From assembly GCA_030834985.1 (NCBI GenBank), contig JAUQWV010000001.1, forward strand, positions 23,778 to 87,777: 64,000 nt of DNA. Direction: 5' to 3'. Numbering within the stretch: position 1 is the first letter of the stretch; every line of letters begins with the position of its first letter. Positions 38,766 through 48,600 of this stretch are shown here, in pieces. Both the position numbers and the translations under genes were made by a program. The stretch is from Candidatus Dojkabacteria bacterium (GTDB taxonomy: Bacteria; Patescibacteriota; Dojkabacteria; J137). The notes beneath the pieces are model-generated. The model had not been told where the DNA came from, did no database searches, and was given only the letters and a program-made list of their open reading frames with translations.

Positions 38766-40121
38766 ATGTTAAACCCAGTACTACAAAAGATATTAGACGC
38801 TGAAACTAGCCGGCAGCAGAATACTTTGGACCTAATTGCATCAGAAAACTTTACTTCTGCTGCCGTTAGAGAAGCCGTAGGTTCAGTATTTATGCATAAA
38901 TATTCTGAAGGCTATCCTGGAGCTAGATATTACGAGGGAAATGAAAATATAGATGAGCTGGAGAACCTTTGTATTGAGATGGTTACTAAAGTCTTTAACT
39001 TACCTAGTAATTGGAGTGCAAATGTACAGCCGTTAGCAGGCTCAAATGCAAACTTGGCAGTATATAACGCAATTTTAAATCCTGGCGATAAAATTTTGAG
39101 TATGTATCTGCCAGATGGTGGTCATTTAAGCCACGGCTGGAGCTATACTCCTACAAAAGATCGTAGTGACAAAGATATTCAAGATTTAGCTTCTGATAAG
39201 CCATATTATGGAGGAAGCACTAAAATTAGCATCGTTTCTAAGATTTTTAATGTAGTACAGTACAAAGTTGCAAAAGATACCTCAATTCTTGATTATAGTG
39301 CTATTGAGCAGCTAGCTATGCAGGAAAAGCCTAAGCTGATAATTACTGGTGGTACTGCGTACCCAAGAGAAATTGACTACAAAAAAATGCGTGAAATTGC
39401 AGATAAAGTTGGAGCCTATTACTTAGCAGATATTGCTCACGAGGCAGGTCTAATCGCAGTAGGTGTTTTAAATAGTCCAATCGGTATTGCAGATGTTGTT
39501 ACTTTTACTACTCATAAGACCTTACGAGGTCCAAAAGGAGCTGTTATAGCTGCAAAGGAAGAGATTATTAAGCTTATTAACAAGTCGATAATGCCTGGTC
39601 TGCAAGGTGGCCCTCACAATGGTACGATTGCTGGTATTACTCAGGCACTTTTTGAAGCGGATACTCCTGAATTTAAAGAATATGCAGCTCAAGTTGTTGA
39701 AAATGCAAAGACATTAGCCGGCAAACTTTCCGAATTAGGTTATAGTTTAGTTAGCGGCGGTACCGATAAACATTTAATCTTAATTGACCTAACCGCTAAG
39801 AATTTAGGCGGAAAGTTTGCCTCTTACGCTCTAAATAGTGCTGGAATTGTTACAAATAAAAGTACAATACCATATGAGTCTCAATCACCGGTTAATCCTT
39901 CAGGAATTAGGTTAGGAACCCCTTTAATAACAACTCGAGGCTTAAAAGAAGCTGAAATGATTAAGCTTGCTAATTTAATAGATAGTGTAATAAAAGAAGC
40001 AGCAACTTTGCCTCTAGACGATTTTGAGTTTTTTAAGCAGCAGATTGATTCAAGTCAGGCAATAAAAGAGGTTAAAGAAAAGGTACAGCAGCTCTGCTCT
40101 CAATTTCCATTTAAAGTCTAA
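38766..40121 (+). CDS. glyA: Serine hydroxymethyltransferase
   Basis: PLP-Lys context (TTHKTLRGPKGA). SHMT blocks throughout. Confidence 0.9.
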   Translation: MLNPVLQKILDAETSRQQNTLDLIASENFTSAAVREAVGSVFMHKYSEGYPGARYYEGNENIDELENLCIEMVTKVFNLPSNWSANVQPLAGSNANLAVYNAILNPGDKILSMYLPDGGHLSHGWSYTPTKDRSDKDIQDLASDKPYYGGSTKISIVSKIFNVVQYKVAKDTSILDYSAIEQLAMQEKPKLIITGGTAYPREIDYKKMREIADKVGAYYLADIAHEAGLIAVGVLNSPIGIADVVTFTTHKTLRGPKGAVIAAKEEIIKLINKSIMPGLQGGPHNGTIAGITQALFEADTPEFKEYAAQVVENAKTLAGKLSELGYSLVSGGTDKHLILIDLTAKNLGGKFASYALNSAGIVTNKSTIPYESQSPVNPSGIRLGTPLITTRGLKEAEMIKLANLIDSVIKEAATLPLDDFEFFKQQIDSSQAIKEVKEKVQQLCSQFPFKV

Positions 40122-40145
40122 TTATCACGTGATATTATTAATCGT

Positions 40146-40847
40146 ATGAAGTTGACATCCTTATCTATAATATTACCTTGCTATAACGAAGGACAGAACG
40201 TTGAAACTGTAGTCAGGGCTTCTGATATGGTAGCTAAAGAGGTAGCAAATGATTACGAGATAATAGTTGTAGACGATGGTAGTAAAGATAAGACAGCAGA
40301 AATTGCAAGCAATTTAAAAAAAGAAATTCCTCAGTTGGTAGTAATTTCTCAAGCCAATCAAGGCTATGGAGGTGCGATTAAAACCGGTTTTGAGGCTACA
40401 AAAAAGGACTGGATATTCTTTACAGATGCAGATTTACAATTTGATTTAAACGAACTAAAAGATTTTACTGCACATACAAGCGAATTTGATTTTATTTTTG
40501 GTTATCGGGCTAAAAGAGCTGATAAATTTCACCGAGTTTTAATCGCTAAAATGCTAAAAGTCTGGAACCGTATATTTTTAGGCTTCCCATTGTATGTAAA
40601 GGATATTGATTGCGCCTTTAAGTTAATGAAAAGGCAAGAATTTATTAAAACTTTCCCTATTCTATCTACTGGTGCGATGGTAAATACCGAATTTATCTTA
40701 AAACTCCATAAAATGGGTTATAAATTTAAGCAGCTCCCAGTTAACCATTATCCTAGACTTCACGGAAAGTCCACAGGATCAAGTCTTGGCGTTATTGCTA
40801 CTGCTATCAAAGAAACATTTAAACTTAGAGCTTTACTTCGTAAATAA
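40146..40847 (+). CDS. GT2 family glycosyltransferase (polyprenol-phosphate sugar transferase-like)
   Basis: LSIILPCYNE..., DDGS.D, DADLQ motifs. Confidence 0.8.
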   Translation: MKLTSLSIILPCYNEGQNVETVVRASDMVAKEVANDYEIIVVDDGSKDKTAEIASNLKKEIPQLVVISQANQGYGGAIKTGFEATKKDWIFFTDADLQFDLNELKDFTAHTSEFDFIFGYRAKRADKFHRVLIAKMLKVWNRIFLGFPLYVKDIDCAFKLMKRQEFIKTFPILSTGAMVNTEFILKLHKMGYKFKQLPVNHYPRLHGKSTGSSLGVIATAIKETFKLRALLRK

Positions 40848-40967
40848 CCTCTCTTTCTTATATAGTTGCTAAATATAGATTATCGGCTTAACAATTATTG
40901 GCTGGGCCAAATCCTAGCTAAAAATGCTATATCTGTGATACAATGATACTTATCTAATCAATATTAT

Positions 40968-41594
40968 ATGAATAACTTAATAAGTTGGTTTTCAAAACTT
41001 AATATATATTTAGGAGTATTTTTAATTCTGAGCGCTCCTGCATACCTATTTTTATCAGCAGAGCTAAAACCTGTACTAGTTACATCTAATTCTTTACCTG
41101 CAACTCCTACAGAAAGAGAAAATGAAATACTAACTAACAACTTAGCCATTAAAGGCGTGCTTTCTGGTTCTAGAAACACAATGAAAGCTGTAAAAGTTGC
41201 AGATGATGCTCATATTAGAATTAATTCTATAGGGTTAGATGCAAAGATTTACGAAGGAGCTGATTTTAAAACCTTAGAACAGGGAATTTGGAGAATGCCG
41301 ATGCATGCTACACCAGACGACCAAGTTAGTGGTCAACCTGTTGTTTTAGCAGGTCACAGATGGGGTGAAGATAATTTTACATACGAATATAGAAGTAAAA
41401 ACCTATTTTTGAATATCCCTACTCTAAATAAGGGTGACATTATTGAAATTACCTGGAATGGTCAGTTTTATAAATACAAAGTCGAATACTTAAGTAAAGA
41501 TATTTATGTGGATAGATTATCTGACCTGATTCTAATAACCTGTGTAGACTATGTTTCTACAACTAGATATTTTGTTTTTGCTGAAAGAGTTTAA
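40968..41594 (+). CDS. Sortase family transpeptidase
   Basis: N-terminal TM, LAGHR His, ILITC active-site Cys, downstream Arg. Confidence 0.75.
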   Translation: MNNLISWFSKLNIYLGVFLILSAPAYLFLSAELKPVLVTSNSLPATPTERENEILTNNLAIKGVLSGSRNTMKAVKVADDAHIRINSIGLDAKIYEGADFKTLEQGIWRMPMHATPDDQVSGQPVVLAGHRWGEDNFTYEYRSKNLFLNIPTLNKGDIIEITWNGQFYKYKVEYLSKDIYVDRLSDLILITCVDYVSTTRYFVFAERV

Positions 41595-41651
41595 TTGACT
41601 TTTGTATATATTCAGTATATAATTTAATTATAAATTTTAATTACTAGAATT

Positions 41652-41945
41652 ATGAAAAGATTGCTAAGTACATTATTTGTTGTAATAGCAGCTTTTTCTA
41701 GCCTAAGTCCTATAGTGGTAAAGGCTGATGCAGGTGCACAAACGTGTGTACCAGGAACAGGTATAAATGGAATTCCATGTACTCCTTGTTATCCAGGTCC
41801 ATACAATATCTGCGCTCCTAGTACTGGAATCATTTTTAATGATTCTGAAATAAACGAAGGTGCAGTGTTTTTATCTGCAGCAGCGGTTTTAGTAGGAGCA
41901 GCTTTTATTATTAACGGAAAAAACTTAAAGAAAAAAGCTGAATAA
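41652..41945 (+). CDS. Small secreted Cys-rich protein with C-terminal hydrophobic anchor + basic tail (possible non-canonical sortase substrate)
   Basis: Signal peptide, 6 Cys, C-terminal AVFLSAAAVLVGAAFII + KNLKKK. No LPXTG. Confidence 0.5.
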   Translation: MKRLLSTLFVVIAAFSSLSPIVVKADAGAQTCVPGTGINGIPCTPCYPGPYNICAPSTGIIFNDSEINEGAVFLSAAAVLVGAAFIINGKNLKKKAE

Positions 41946-41960
41946 TAACAATCCTGAAGG

Positions 41961-42016
41961 CTGGGCTGCCACCATATATTTATATATTGAGCAGCCCAGA
42001 AATCAGGATTTTTTAA
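41961..42016 (+). terminator. Rho-independent terminator (ctgggctgc...gcagcccag + T-tract)
   Basis: Stem-loop followed by aaatcaggatttttt. Confidence 0.55.
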
Positions 42017-42315
42017 TACTGATTGAGTGGGATCACCCATTAATGAGTATTAAAAATACTCGCTCTTTAACAACTGTTTAAACAGTTGTGAAAAATCTTA
42101 AACATTAACTGTATGGCCTAAAAGCTTGCAGGTTTAAGGTATTTCTCGCAACTATTGCTTAAATATTTATATAAGCACTCAATGCGGGCAAATTGTTAAT
42201 TATAAAAATAGTTAGCAGCTTGTCCGTCATTGAGTGCTTCCCTCGCGAGGGCATTCAAAACGGCGTATCGAAAGTTTCGCAAGTTTATTCAAGCCCTGAG
42301 AGGGCGGAGGTCAAA

Positions 42316-43740
42316 ATGCAGAAACGCAAGATGTTCTTGATCTTGGCAATAGCCTTGATCGTGGCTCTGGCGCTGCCCCTTGGGGTCAGCGCGCAGGGGA
42401 ATGAAATCGTGGCATACACCTATGCCGGGCAGACTTACACATTCGTCAGCGGTCACCCAGTTTTTCAGCCAGGTGATACAACGACAACCGGTAAGCTGCT
42501 GAGTTCCTCATACCCATTCAGCGTGCAATCATACGCTAACCGTACGGCAATGGAGAACGGAAACGTTCTCGGTCGTGCAGATGCTGAATATGTAGCTACA
42601 CTGCTCGGTGATGAGTACACGCTAAGTGTGCAAGGCACCACAGCAGCTATGTGGTTGGAGGTCATCGTAGGAAGTATCGAATCAGATGGCTTCTGGTACG
42701 ATGGCACTCTGACCTCACTGCATAACGGGCACTTAGTCGTCCCAGCCGGTGACACGCAGGTCACGCCGCAGGTAATGTCTTCAAATGCTGTCTTCGTGGT
42801 GGTCAACTATCTCGATGCAGCGGCAGTGGAGGCATCCACCCCGGCGGGTAGCCTTCCGGCAAATTGTACAACCCTTGTGGGTCAGCAATGCACTGTCGAA
42901 GTGCGCGGTACGGATGCGTCTATGATGCTGGAAATACTCCCTGCTTCAACGGCTAGTGGCAGCGTCACCGCAACGGTAATCCCAGCAGTGGTAGCTACTA
43001 CAACGCCGAATCCTTTGCTTGGAGAGGTAACACCTATCCCAGCACAGAGTGCTACTGGACTGACCCCGTCTGCTGTGGTCTTCCCTTCTGCTTCGAACAC
43101 GTGGGTGTGGGGTCCCATTCAAGGACAAAATCCGATGATCCGGGATTGGCAGATAACCTTGTCACAGTTGGGGGTAACTCCGGCTTTGTGGCAAACGCCA
43201 CCCAACGTGGATAATCCGTTGGTTGACAATAGTCTGTTCCCGACCACTGCTCAGTCACCTGCGCCATGGGGCATCGAATGGCCCGGTACCGACCTGACGT
43301 TGTTTTGTCAGCAAGATACGCGGTGCGACGAAGTAATTTCGGCGCAACACATACGGTACTATACTGGCAACCTTGAACCAAACGGTATGGGGTCTGTCAA
43401 GCCGTGCCATCAGCAGGGTGGGATCGGATGCATGTTGATCCAGGTCAACTCGAACGGTGAGACTGATTCGGTTTTCACTGATCAGGGTTTCATTCGGGGT
43501 TATACGTTCCAAGGGCGTTACTGGGATGGCAATCATCTGGGTAATGGTCTATGGGGGTTAATCTCGTTTGGGACTGCAAACATGACCAATCAGTTGACCA
43601 ACATCAACCAGCCGGGTCTGACCAATGCCGGTGGCAACTGCTCTACGGCGGCGGGCTGCATTGGAACATATATTCAATTGCAGTTCCTGTCGGGAGGTTT
43701 CGAAGAGGGCTATGGCGAGTTTTTGTATATCAAGCCATAG
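42316..43740 (+). CDS. Secreted hypothetical protein (signal peptide; Thr/Val/Ala-rich), high-GC gene
   Basis: SD ggaggt 7 nt upstream of the ATG at 42316; the longer ORF from 42193 is unlikely. Signal peptide MQKRKMFLILAIALIVALALPLGVSA. Confidence 0.6.
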   Translation: MQKRKMFLILAIALIVALALPLGVSAQGNEIVAYTYAGQTYTFVSGHPVFQPGDTTTTGKLLSSSYPFSVQSYANRTAMENGNVLGRADAEYVATLLGDEYTLSVQGTTAAMWLEVIVGSIESDGFWYDGTLTSLHNGHLVVPAGDTQVTPQVMSSNAVFVVVNYLDAAAVEASTPAGSLPANCTTLVGQQCTVEVRGTDASMMLEILPASTASGSVTATVIPAVVATTTPNPLLGEVTPIPAQSATGLTPSAVVFPSASNTWVWGPIQGQNPMIRDWQITLSQLGVTPALWQTPPNVDNPLVDNSLFPTTAQSPAPWGIEWPGTDLTLFCQQDTRCDEVISAQHIRYYTGNLEPNGMGSVKPCHQQGGIGCMLIQVNSNGETDSVFTDQGFIRGYTFQGRYWDGNHLGNGLWGLISFGTANMTNQLTNINQPGLTNAGGNCSTAAGCIGTYIQLQFLSGGFEEGYGEFLYIKP

Positions 43741-43827
43741 TTAAGCAATAGGCGAGAGAAGTTTCCGGACGACCTTGTGTCGTCCGGACTCGCTTTAAGT
43801 AGATTTTAATTATCAAGTCTATTTAAA

Positions 43828-44130
43828 ATGAGTTTATTTAATAAATTTTTAGATATGGCAAATATCAAAGTAAATCTAAGTGATACAGCATTAAAAATGA
43901 TTGCTGTATTGGCAGTTTGTATAACAATTTTAGTATCATCTGCTCTGTTTGTTTTTAGTAGAAACGAAGACAGACGATCTGAGATTATTATAGATTGTTT
44001 TAACGTTGCTACTTATAGTGCAACTAATGAAGATAGTAAATCACAAGTAAAAGAGCCAATCCTTCGATTCTTTAAGAGCTGTATGGAGTTTAATGGTTAT
44101 GGAAGCGATTATTCTTTTTTAACTGAATAA
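43828..44130 (+). CDS. Hypothetical small membrane protein (100 aa)
   Basis: AT-rich ORF inside the island with one TM helix. Weak. Confidence 0.3.
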   Translation: MSLFNKFLDMANIKVNLSDTALKMIAVLAVCITILVSSALFVFSRNEDRRSEIIIDCFNVATYSATNEDSKSQVKEPILRFFKSCMEFNGYGSDYSFLTE

Positions 44131-44419
44131 GGTTTGATTTTGAACAAATTAAGCGCCTCGAAAGAGGCGCTTTTTTGATGCTTTTTCATCCTAAAATATG
44201 GTAAAAATCGCTAAAAATCTTGCCTGTTAAGACTTTGTGTCATCCGTAAGCTTGACGATTTGATATATCTGATATATACTGTATATGTAAGATTTCTTTA
44301 TAGAATCTACGTTCTTTAATAATACAGCAGATAACCTAGATCACGAATTTTAGGACATTTATACAATATTATTGTCTTGGAATTCGTGATTTAGGTAAGA
44401 ACTTATCTAGGAGAATAAA

Positions 44420-45397
44420 ATGCGCAAGTCACGTAAGTGGCTGTTGATCCTCCCTGTTCTCGTTTTGGCTATTGTTGTGATCGCAGTTCTGCTTCCTAAA
44501 GCTCCTGTTCTGGAAACAGTTCGGTGGGCTAGTCTGAACGACTGGGCCCCTGATGGCGCTATCAGTCGTGTAGGAGATCGCTGGTATTTTTCCAGCGGTA
44601 CCTACGGTAGAGTTTACGATCCAGACTTTGGCAGCGGGTGGAACCAAGACGTTATTGGTCCATCCAATGTACCTGAGGCGTTTGACCAAAACTACGCGGC
44701 ACCGGGTTCTGTTCTTCAGATAAATGGAAAGTGGTTTATGTTCTACCATGGTGAGAGCCATGAATGCGCAGGACATTTCCCCTTCCATGCCGGCATTGGG
44801 CTGGCAACCTCTGAAGATGGGTATTTCTGGACGCGTCAAGGTCAGATTCTTTCTACTTGGGAAGAACGTCCGACGTGTCAGGAAAACCGCGCAAGCGGTG
44901 TGGGGTATCCTAGTGCAGTCCAGCACGACGGATATATTTATCTTTACTTTGTATCTTGGACATCGGCGGAAGCCGATGCCACTCATGTGGCAAGATGCGA
45001 AGCCGAGCATATTCTCGAATCTGATTGCTGGAAGAAATATTTCCAAGGCGATTGGATGGAACCTGGCTTGGGCGGTCACAGCACTCCGGTGCTGAGTCGT
45101 TCAAGTGAAGCAGAGCTGTATTTAGCAGCTCCACAAGTTCAAATCTCTGAAGGTACTTTCTTAGGAGTGTTCGAGACCAATCTTGGGTTTGTGACCGCCA
45201 CGTCACAAGACGGTATTGTATGGTCACAACCTAAAACAATCTTTGAGTTCCCAAAACCTCATATCGAGGCGACAGGACAAGATTGGTACAGCTATCCTAC
45301 CCTGATCCGTGAAGACGGTCAGTGGTGGCTGTATATGGCTCGGCAGGACAGCAGCCTTGTGCATCACATGCACAGAATTGCTGTAACACTCCCATAA
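44420..45397 (+). CDS. Secreted hypothetical protein, possible beta-propeller glycoside-hydrolase-like fold; high-GC gene
   Basis: SD aggaga. Signal/anchor. W/Y/G-rich repeats. No firm family assignment. Confidence 0.5.
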   Translation: MRKSRKWLLILPVLVLAIVVIAVLLPKAPVLETVRWASLNDWAPDGAISRVGDRWYFSSGTYGRVYDPDFGSGWNQDVIGPSNVPEAFDQNYAAPGSVLQINGKWFMFYHGESHECAGHFPFHAGIGLATSEDGYFWTRQGQILSTWEERPTCQENRASGVGYPSAVQHDGYIYLYFVSWTSAEADATHVARCEAEHILESDCWKKYFQGDWMEPGLGGHSTPVLSRSSEAELYLAAPQVQISEGTFLGVFETNLGFVTATSQDGIVWSQPKTIFEFPKPHIEATGQDWYSYPTLIREDGQWWLYMARQDSSLVHHMHRIAVTLP

Positions 45398-45674
45398 ATC
45401 TGCTGCTTAAGCGGCGGGGCGGTGAAAACCGACCCGCCGCAAAGCTTTAATATTTTCAAACAAGGAAGCCTAATCTTTGTTTGAGCACATTAAGGCTAAG
45501 GAGGCCTATCGTGATCAAAGCACTGAAGGGCTGTTTTTGGATGGTTCTTATGACAGTCATGGCAGTTCTTATTGCTGGAATCGGAATCATTTCCGTTCTG
45601 GCGCAATCATAAATTTAAGGTGCGGGCGTTCCGCCCGCACCTTAAAGAAGCTACAATATACCAGAAAGCAGATA

Positions 45675-48600
45675 ATGAAATTCAAAAAAGTTTTAAATAA
45701 AATTAAAGATACTATTTTAGATTACAAATTTTTAATAATTCTTGTAATCATTTGGCTTTTAATCTGCTACACCAACTACACTCCAAACACGTTTATAACA
45801 GGATGGGATAATCTGCATCCAGAGTTTGATTACTCAATGAATCTAAAGCGGTTATTAACTAGTTCTTGGGCTGAATATCAAGGCTTAGGTGCTCCAGGAG
45901 CTCACTCTCATGCATCTGAAATTCCAAGAATGTTGATTATTGGAATATTGAATCTAGTATTTGAACAGCAGGCTGTGAGATATGCGTTTGTATTTGGAAC
46001 AATCATAATTGGAGTATTAGGAGTGTATTTTCTTGTTAGAAATATAATACTTAAGTATAAGAAAAAGTCCTTAAGAGATTTTTCTGCTTTTGTTGCTGCT
46101 TTATTCTATATGCTGAATATAGGGACTGTTCAGCATTATATTGCAACATTTGAAATGTTCAACATTCAATATGCGCTACTACCCTGGTTAATATATACAG
46201 CACTTAGATTCTTAGACACTAAAAGGCATAAATACCTTTTGATGTTTGGAATTATTACTTTTTTTGCCGCTCCAATGGCTTATGCAGTAATGCTTTGGCT
46301 TGCTTATTTTGCAGCACTTGCTGTATTTTTGCTTATTAATGTTATTCAAAAACGGGATATCTCGACTTTAAAATCCAGCTTTTTTCTTTTAGCATCTACT
46401 TTATTAATAAACCTATTCTGGCTTGTTCCTAACTTGTATTTTGTATTTAACCACAGTAATTATGTTCCTACTGCTAAAACAAACTTAATATTTTCGGAAG
46501 AAGCTTTTTTAACTAATCAAAAATATGGAAATTTAATCGATATCTTTTTAAATAAGGGCTTTCTGTTTGATTGGCAAATTAGGAATACAAACTATACTTT
46601 TGAACCGATAATGGGAGCTTGGGATACTCATTTAGATAATCCTTTGATTTTGGCGATTGCATTATTATGCCTAGCTTTAATAATAGCCGGAATACTTTAT
46701 GCAATCGCCAAACGCAACCGCTATTTAATTAGTATTATTGGAATCTTAATATTTTCAGTTGTTGTATTAATAGGTATAAATCCTCCGTTTACAGATCTTT
46801 GGGAATCTGTGGTTTCAAAAATTCCTGCACTACAGGAAGCAATCCGATTTCCATTTACTAAATTTTCGATCTTATTCATCTTTGCTCAGACTCTTTTGTT
46901 GTCGGGCGGCGTTTATGCGGTTTCTCAAATAATCACAAAGAAAATAAGATTTAATTATGGAGGTTTATTAGTTTTAATTGCAGTATTATTTGTTGCTTTT
47001 GTTTATTCTTTACCAACATTTCAAGGAAACTTTATTAACAAGTCTTTAAGAATAAATATTCCGCAGGATTATTTTGAATTATTTGATTACTTTAAAGATC
47101 AAGATAAAGCTACAAGAATTGCAAACTTTCCTGTAAGCAGTCTATTTGGCTGGTTTTATACAGACTGGGGTTATCAAGGTTCCGGTTTTTTGTGGTATGG
47201 AATTGAACAGCCGATTTTAGATAGAGATTTTGACCGCTGGTACACAACATTAGAAAATTACTATGATGAAATCAGCTCTGCAGTTTATACAAATAATGCT
47301 GAAAGTTTGAAAGAAGTATTGGCAAAATATGCAATTGATTGGATTGTAATTGATGAGCATGTAATGTCGTCTAGTGAAGAATCTAATATTGTATTTAACG
47401 AAAATCTTGCATCTTCAGAAATGGCGTATAAAGAAACAAAAGCTCTATTAGATCAAATTCCAGAAATTCAGCAAGCAGCAAGATTCGGGAAAATATATGT
47501 TTATAAAGTTACACTCGATTACGATCAAGAATTTGTTGAAACACTGGAAGAAGATTCTTCAGGTAAACCAATTGAAAGTAAAAGCATATTTTTAGAAGAT
47601 AACTTTGGTCGAAAAACAAATGAATCATTTTTTAGAAAGTTAAATAACGATTACTTAGTTTACAACAATACTATTTATACTCTTGATAATGAGCCTTTGA
47701 ACCTGCATATTCCTCAAATATTTGATTTGGAAACAAATATTCCTGCCACAATTAGTGCTAGAGTTAACGGTAATAATCTTGATGTAAAAATCAGTTATCA
47801 GGTACCTCGTATAGATATTAACAACAGAACATATGTAGATTACGGTAGATCAAGAATACTAAGTTTTAAATTAAATAACGTTACTGATACATACTATTTA
47901 AAAGTTGATGAACAATATATTTTAATAAATGATCCTGCAACTATCTGGCAAAGCTATGGTGTTGCCGATATTGATCTAACAAAAGATTTAAGCTTGAAGC
48001 TATATAATGCGCAAAATCCAGTTGATTTAACATCACGTTTAAATTTAGAAGACGCTCAAATTAATAATTGTGTTGGAGGAACTATTTCAAATCGATCAGG
48101 TGTTAGATTTAATAACGAGGTTTTAACTTTAAGTAGTGTGGGTGAAAACTTATGTGTTGATTTTACATTCACAACTTTGAACGCACTTGAATCTTTGTAC
48201 GAACTAAAACTGGATTATAGAAGTGATGAAGGTGTCAAAGCAGACGCATGTATAAAATTCTCTGAAGGTTGTGTTAATTCTAAGAATTTTACTAGTGATT
48301 TTATTCCAGGACTTTGGTATGAATCCTCAACATATGCATGGGACTTAAGTACAAATCGAATGGGTGTGTCTTTGATCTTGAATAACTCTGTGCCTGAAAA
48401 TCAATCTGCAATAAGCTATAGAAACATATACCTATATAGATATGCACTTGAAGATTCAAAGAGCTTAAGCATTAACGAAATTAAAAATGATATTAGAATT
48501 CAAAATACTGAACTTATTGTATTGCCAAAAAGTAATCGAATTGATGTTCAATTTACAATTCCTTGGGCAAAAAAATATGAGTTTGATTACGATATGCTAC

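Larger units (their letters stand above)
42190..45660. other. High-GC (~57%) compositional island carrying two secreted-protein genes
   Basis: Abrupt GC shift. Many spurious antisense ORFs typical of high GC. Ends at palindrome 45614-45646. Confidence 0.6.

Noticed and set aside
42465-45227. Many antisense or out-of-frame ORFs (42465-42806, 42882-43118, 42946-43128, 43052-43381, 43255-43536, 44429-45079, 44724-45095, 44910-45227)
   Set aside because: All lie inside the high-GC island, opposite or overlapping two well-supported sense genes with SD sequences and signal peptides. They are typical GC-driven spurious ORFs.
45477-45674. N-terminal 66 codons of the 1348-aa ORF in the track
   Set aside because: This stretch is GC-rich leftover sequence containing a strong palindrome (45614-45646) and has no SD. 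The AT-rich, membrane-protein-like coding sequence begins at ATG 45675.
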